This document shows, piece by piece, positions 57,461 through 64,000 of a stretch of 64,000 bases of DNA; within the stretch, counting starts at the first letter, position 1; each line of letters begins with the position of its first letter. Source of the stretch: the human T2T-CHM13v2.0 reference genome, Homo sapiens; the NCBI RefSeq assembly GCF_009914755.1, contig NC_060926.1. One strand, 5' to 3'. The position numbers and the translations under genes are program-made. The notes under the pieces are model-generated. The model made no database searches. It was given only the letters and a program-made list of their open reading frames with translations, and was not told the origin of the DNA.

Positions 57461-59018
57461 AGGGTGCAAGTCCACAGGAAGTAAATCAGGCTCCTAGCCT
57501 CAAGCTCCTCTCCTGCCATCATCTTTCCAAAGCACCTGTAGAAATCAGAGCCAGCGTCAGGGCTGACACAGCACCTTGTGATTTCCAGATCCCAGTTCCC
57601 AGGATGTTTTAGATAGTTCCAAAATCCTCAAAGAAGATAAAGAGGATATCATGATGCATGAGGTGTGGGGAGGGGGGCACCAAAACGTGCCTGGATAGTT
57701 TGAATAGAAGCTACTAGGACTTCACAGGATGCCTGTAACCTAGTTCTGCTTTATGTGTTTTTTATTTTGTTTTTATTTGATTTGATGCATTTGTTTTGTT
57801 GTTTTGTTTGTCCATTTCAGGTATCTGGGTCTACTGTGCAAAGCAGGGAAATCCAAGCTGTTCCACAGACAATTCTCTAAATGTCTTACTCCTCATGCAT
57901 CTCTAATAGCTTAGATGTAGCTTTATTTTATAGTTTTTTCCCCCAAATAAGCATTTTTATAAGGCAGTTGCCCTAACTAGACTGTCACCAACTCAAAGGC
58001 AAAATTCAATGTTTATTTTTCTTTACCATGCTAACCATTAGTGCCCTGCGTTTAATAAGCAACAAATAATGAGTGATTTAAAAAGCAAAATGAAAGTGAA
58101 AGAATGAATGAATACATAAATGAATGAACGGGTTGAAGTGGTATGAAATAGAATGAATTCAGTAGAAAACTAAGCTCCCGTTCTCCTGACTTCAGCTCCA
58201 ATAGCCTGCTGTTATTTCTCTTGTAGCCTGGACGAGTCACATGACTCATGGCTTTGAGCTGTGTCTTCCATTACAGAGAAGTCAGCCAGACTGTCTGAGT
58301 GTTTGTGTCCTGCAGTGCAGAAAAAAATACATGAGCTACAATATGTAACATGCAACCAATAAACTGCATTCCTTTGAAATCCTCAGATGAAAGTCACCAT
58401 CCAACATACATTCACTGCGAGGACGCAATTTTCCTTACTCTCTACTCTTGATTTAAAATGTAAATGCAAGGGAAGAAACACATTATCAAAGGAAAGAAAA
58501 AAGAAGGAGCAACTGCTTTTCTTTCCAACAACTCTGCCCACTGTCAAAAAAGGAAAAAATTACAAAATATATAAAATCTTAAAAATAACTATTTCCTGGA
58601 AGTACTTTGCTCAAACTCACAGCAAAAGTATTCTCTGTAGCTATTTGCTGGCACTACATTATGAATCCAACAGTAATAATAATACTGATGACAGTGCCAC
58701 AAAATTCAACTACTACTTATCTATAAAGAGAAAAATATAGTATCTTTATTTTGCCTGTAACGAAAGCAGTTCTTCTCCTGCGCTTTCATCACTGGATTAG
58801 TAGAAAAACAAATTAAACCACAGAACAATATATTAAACAGTCTCTTTAGGAAATAGCTTTCCATTTGTTAAAAATACTAGGTCTCTTAATCTCCCATCTC
58901 CTCTGCTTTCCTCCTTCAAATAGGGTCAGGATAGGAGGAAGACTTATGTGTCCTCATAACCCCAGGAAAGAGTGGGTGTTCCCTGATGAAATGTCACCAT
59001 CTCACTCTGGTCTCTGGG

Positions 59019-59486
59019 TGTTTCAGACTTAAAAGTGCATCTCTCAAATCCCCCTTCAAGAAACAACCCCCTGCCCAACTGCAAGGGGTTGTCTGAGAGC
59101 CTCCACCTGTTAGTTCCTTCAGGGTCTGCCTCAACTTTCAAGCCGGGCTCACACTCTTCCTGTGCGGGGCCCTATCCAGTGTCTGAGCAAGGACGTGATC
59201 ACCCAGCCATATTCTTCCTGTGGTGGCGTATGCCATGCCTGAGCAAGTGGGATGGGGCCTGGCCATTTCCATGCACAGCAGGGCCATTCTTCCAGATGAA
59301 GAGAGCATCTGGAGCATCCCATGGGACTGCCAGTGACTTCCGTGTCTGTGTCTCTGTATCTCATCTCAGAGCTTGCCCCTTCCATCCTGCTTCCTCCCTT
59401 TTTCTTTCAGGGGTGTTCCTTTCCAATGTACATTTCATATTCCCACCTTCATCTTGGGGTCTGCTTCCCAGAGCATCCTACTGGCA
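59019..59486 (+). mobile_element. LTR16-type (ERVL) solo LTR
   Basis: AATCCCCCTTCAAG...CCTTCAGGGTCTGCCTCA...ATCCTGCTTCCT...GTCTGCTTCCCAG. Confidence 0.75.
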
Positions 59487-60170
59487 CCCTGAGACGATGT
59501 CCCTTGTCCAACTGAGGGACCCTTGTCCTGCTGGCTTTTCAAGCTGAAGTCTGTGCCTGACCTGACCCACAGTCCATTCCCTCTCAGCTTTGTCTGTGCT
59601 TGTTAGTGGATCCTGGCAAATCCAGCCTCACCTCAGTTTCCCCAGGAGCCCTTTACTCTAAGTACAGTCACGTGCCACAAAACCACATATGGACCACACC
59701 TACAACAGTGGTCCCATAAGATTATAATGAAGTTGAAAAAGTCTCATCACCTAGTGACATTATACCTCATACCACAATACATTATTCATGCATTTGTGTT
59801 GATGCTGGTGTAAACCCACCTACTATTCTGACAGTCATGTAAAAGTATAGTACATACAATTACATACAGTACATGATTCTTAATGATAAGAAACAACAAT
59901 GTCATCAGTTTATGTATTTATTATACAATATTTGTATCAGTATTTTAGAGTGTATTCCTACTTATTTAAAAAAATTAGCTGTAAAACAGCCTCAGGCAGG
60001 TCCTTCAGGGGGTATTCCAGAAGAAGACATTGTTATCATAGATGACAGTTCCATGCATGTTATTGCCCCTGAAGACCTTCCAGTGGTACAAAATATACAG
60101 GTGGAAGACAGTGATATTGATGATCTTAACCCTGTGTGGGCCTAGACTAAAGTGTGTGTTTGTGTCTTAG

Positions 60171-60468
<298 letters not shown>

Positions 60469-60891
60469 TAATTTATTATTGAAGAAGGAAAAATCTTTTG
60501 ATAAATATAGTATAGCCTAAATGTACAGTGTTCATAAAGTCTACAGTTGTGTACAGTCCTAGGCCTTCCCATTCACTCACCCTCACTCATTGACTCACCC
60601 AGAGCAGCTTCCAGCCCTGCAAGCTCTATTCATAGCAAACGCCCTATACAAGTGTACCATGTTTAATCTTTTATACCATATTTTACTCTATCTTTTTAAT
60701 GCTTAGATATGTTTGGGTACACAAATACTTACCATTGTGCTACAACCACCTACAGCTATCAGCATAGATACATGCTGTATGGGTGTGTAGCCCAGGAGCA
60801 ATAGGCTACAGCATATAGTCTACATGCGTAATAGACTATACATACAGGTTTGTGTAAGCACACTCTATGGTGTTCACACAATGATAAAATA

Positions 60892-61206
60892 GGCCAGGTG
60901 CAGTACCTCACACCTGTGATCCCAGCACTTTGGGAGGCTGAGGCGGGTGGGTCACCTGAGATCAGGAACTGGAGATCAGCCTGGTCAATATGGTGAAACC
61001 CCATCTCTACTAAAAATATTAAAAAATTAGCCAGGCATGGTGGTGCGTGCCTGTAACCCAAGCTACTCGGGAAGCTGAGGTAGGAGAGGATCACTTCAAC
61101 CCAGTGGGGCAGAGGCTGCAGTGAGCCGAGATCACACTGTGGCACTCCAGCCTGGGCAACAAGAGCAAAAAACTCCATCTCAAAAAATAAAATAAAATAA
61201 AATAAA
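60892..61206 (+). mobile_element. AluS
   Basis: Dimer with (TAAAA)n tail; TSD GATAAAAT. Confidence 0.95.
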
Positions 61207-61344
61207 GATAAAATCATCTAATGCTGCATTTCCCAGCACATGTCTCCCTCAGTAAGTGACACATGACTACATCTGCCATGCCCTTCATCAGCCTCAAGCC
61301 TGGCCATCCAACAAGGCAATAGATATATTCAGGCATAAAATATT

Positions 61345-61620
61345 CAAAGTCTCAAGACATTCTCTCTTATAACATTCATATTGATTAGCCCAGCTTGGGC
61401 CATATGACCATCCTTGAACCTTCCCTGTGGTTGAGAGGATGAGCTACCATGATTGATCAATCTAGAGGCTCCATGTGGCATTGCGGTTGTAGGTTGGGAG
61501 ATGCTAAGTTTACCAGTCCTGATGTGCGTACATGAGAGAGGCAGGTTTCCAAAGCAAGGTGTGGTGATATGACCAGAAGAAAGGTGGAATGAGATGCTGA
61601 GCATGCCAAAACAAAACAAA
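61345..61620 (-). mobile_element. Old MLT1 (K/L-like) fragment
   Basis: TGATTAGCCCAGCTTGGGCCATATGACCATCCTTGAACC. Confidence 0.6.
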
Positions 61621-62393
61621 AAGTTACTTAGTTCTTCACTACATGTTGCATGTTCTCAAAGAGCTCAATGTTTTATCCTAGAGTTACATATACACAGACA
61701 ATTGCAATAGAATATGGTAAGTGCAGTTGGAGTAGTTACTGTAAAGAAGGAAAAGATTTCATTGTTTCTTTTTTTTTTCTATTAACTAGGCTGTAAAAGG
61801 CAGGGTGTTTGGAACAGGAAGCAATGTGGGAAAAGAGTTCACAAGTCATATCTTAAAAATGAACAAAAAAGCTTGGCAGAAAAATAAGAGTGGAGGATCA
61901 TGCAGGTGGAAGGAATGAAATATGCCAAGTCATTGAGGCACAAAACATCCTGGTAGAACATGCTTCCTCCCCTGAGTTCCCCAATTGGAGCATCTCCTTG
62001 GAGATACATCAAGTTTCAGAATGGACTAGACCCTACACATCTCTAATCCTAATGCAGCCCAGTCCCAAGATGCTCCAAGTCATAGCAAATAAGAATAAAC
62101 TGTGCACTTATGAAATCAGGCTGACCTATTGGCTTAGCTATTTTTCTTTAATTTTGTGGTTATAGCTGCATCCACAGAAAAGGTTAGGATTTCAATTGGG
62201 TAAAGGAGAGATAATAACTCTATATGGGAGAAAACAGGGAGGGTATATTAGACGGTATTAGCAATTATTAAACTTAGGACTTTAAATAGCGAGGCTAAAT
62301 GATCATATATATTTACATAGGTGTATAAGTAATATTAATACATGTGGAGTACTTCATATGACTTTGTTATATCAAAAATGCCTTTTAGTATAC

Positions 62394-62421
62394 ATATATT
62401 ATGCACATGTGCATAATATAT
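62394..62421. repeat. Perfect 28-bp palindrome
   Basis: ATATATTATGCACA|TGTGCATAATATAT. Confidence 0.95.
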
Positions 62422-64000
62422 ATTTATAATATCTTCACATATTATGTATCATATATTATGTATATGTGATATTTACGTATATATTACCTTATATTAGGAA
62501 GGCATTTTTCACATAATGAATAGATGCAAAAGTGAACATTTCATACTGAATTCTGTGTTCCAAGGGTTCTAGTTATAACACAGTTTCAGTGTGTCTGAAC
62601 ATACACATTTAAAAAAATTAAACCGTTAGCTTCTCTCTGACTGGAAATGAATAGAAACCTAGAACACGTAATTAGAAGCCCTTCTTGTTCATTTTTTGTT
62701 GCATGTAGCTTTTCTTTAATAATATGAGTCTTACTGGGATCAAGTCTTAAACTCAGTAAATAAAAAGCACAGATCACAGCTTACTGCACTTGGCACCCTG
62801 GAAAAGCTGCTAAATTATTAAAGAGGCTCAGGCTGTCATTGCCACCTTGTTATTTTTATTTTCTTAAAGATGCAGGGAGCCTGCAGTTTAAAGCACAAAA
62901 TTGCTCTCACCACTGCCATGAATTTTGAAGCGCCTCCTGCACTGCACTGATGTCACATTGTAGAACGAATGGTTCAATGTTGTAACCCTGAGTCGCCTGC
63001 TACCATAGCAACCTGTTGGTTCAGAATGAATTGAATTATGAGATTATCACTAAAGAGGTAGGGTGGGGCTTCTGTTTTATTTACTTTTTCATCAGTTCAC
63101 TGTGCAATGCCTACGAATGGGAAGAACAGAAAGCAATGATTTTTTTGTTTCTTTCAAAATATATGTTGTATTTTAAAACTATCAGGATTATTAAATATCC
63201 ATGTTAAATGTATAGGGGTTAGTTTATCACCGTATCAGCTAAGGGCAGTAGAGAACAAATAAAAAAAAATCTTCATTATCTCATTGCAAATTCATTTCTT
63301 TTTAAAAATAATGGAATTTGGGCAGTAGGTAGATAGGAAAATCATATCAAAATGAAACTTGATCTCATCTGTTTCCCCTGTCCATATGGGATAATTTTAG
63401 CATAAATTGGGATTTTTAAACTTAAAATAAACCTGAAGTGTTGGTTCATACCACCCACGGGCTTCTAAACATTCCAATTCCCGTGAAATGGCCCCAGTTA
63501 AATTGTATCCCATGACAGATGGAATCAGAACTTGTTGCTTCATTACAAACCACTTTCCCAAAATAGCTGCAGCATGAGAAATAATCCTGTTTGTAAATGG
63601 AACAAAAGTGCTTTCACAATGTGGTCTATTTATGGGGAAACCATTATATGCATGCCTTATAGCTCTCTCCCTATTTAATGCCTAATATTAAGATTTACAT
63701 AGTGCAAATGATTAGCAGTAGTTGTTGGCTAATTGATTGGACAAATTTACCTTATATTTGACAACACTTTGTTCCAGGGACTGTAAAGCCACTTCACACA
63801 CATTGTCAATAAATCCTTACAACAGCCCTGAAAGGTAAATATAATTCTCACCTTAGACCCAGCTAGATCCCATGCCTGTCAGGTAAATAGGAAAACCAGG
63901 ATTTTACTCTTGCACTTTTTTATTATCCCCAAAATATATTCTTTAAAAGCTCCAATGCATCAGATCAGAGAAGTTTTTGGAATGAAAATCTGAATGCTTT

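Noticed and set aside
59035-59547. 170-aa ORF
   Set aside because: Lies almost entirely in an LTR16-type element with higher GC; no protein family resemblance
60759-61217. 152-aa ORF and similar ORFs at 34873, 41859, 45221, 54966
   Set aside because: Typical antisense-Alu translations (LECSG...[10 protein letters not shown])

Overview
Primate (very likely human) non-coding genomic DNA: AT-rich, CpG-depleted and dense in interspersed repeats. It carries about 20 Alu elements, several L1 fragments (L1PA, L1PB, L1M), L2 and MIR remnants, solo LTRs (ERV1-type, MER21, MLT/MST, LTR16) and DNA-transposon fossils (MADE1, MER3, MER5A, MER63, Tigger3). I find no credible protein-coding gene, RNA gene, CRISPR array or prokaryotic system; most of the longer ORFs are Alu, L1, LTR or simple-repeat translations. 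The most unusual structure is at 20687-20959. There, two ~95-bp pieces copied from 1.6 kb upstream and 2.1 kb downstream are joined and inserted into the centre of a near-perfect 48-bp palindrome, with an 18-bp duplication. Other notable items are an AluY and a twin-primed L1 stacked on one triplicated target site, a second twin-primed L1, nested LTRs, a probable Alu-associated deletion in Tigger3, and several small template-switch scars. Subfamily names come from recalled consensus sequences and need RepeatMasker/Dfam confirmation.
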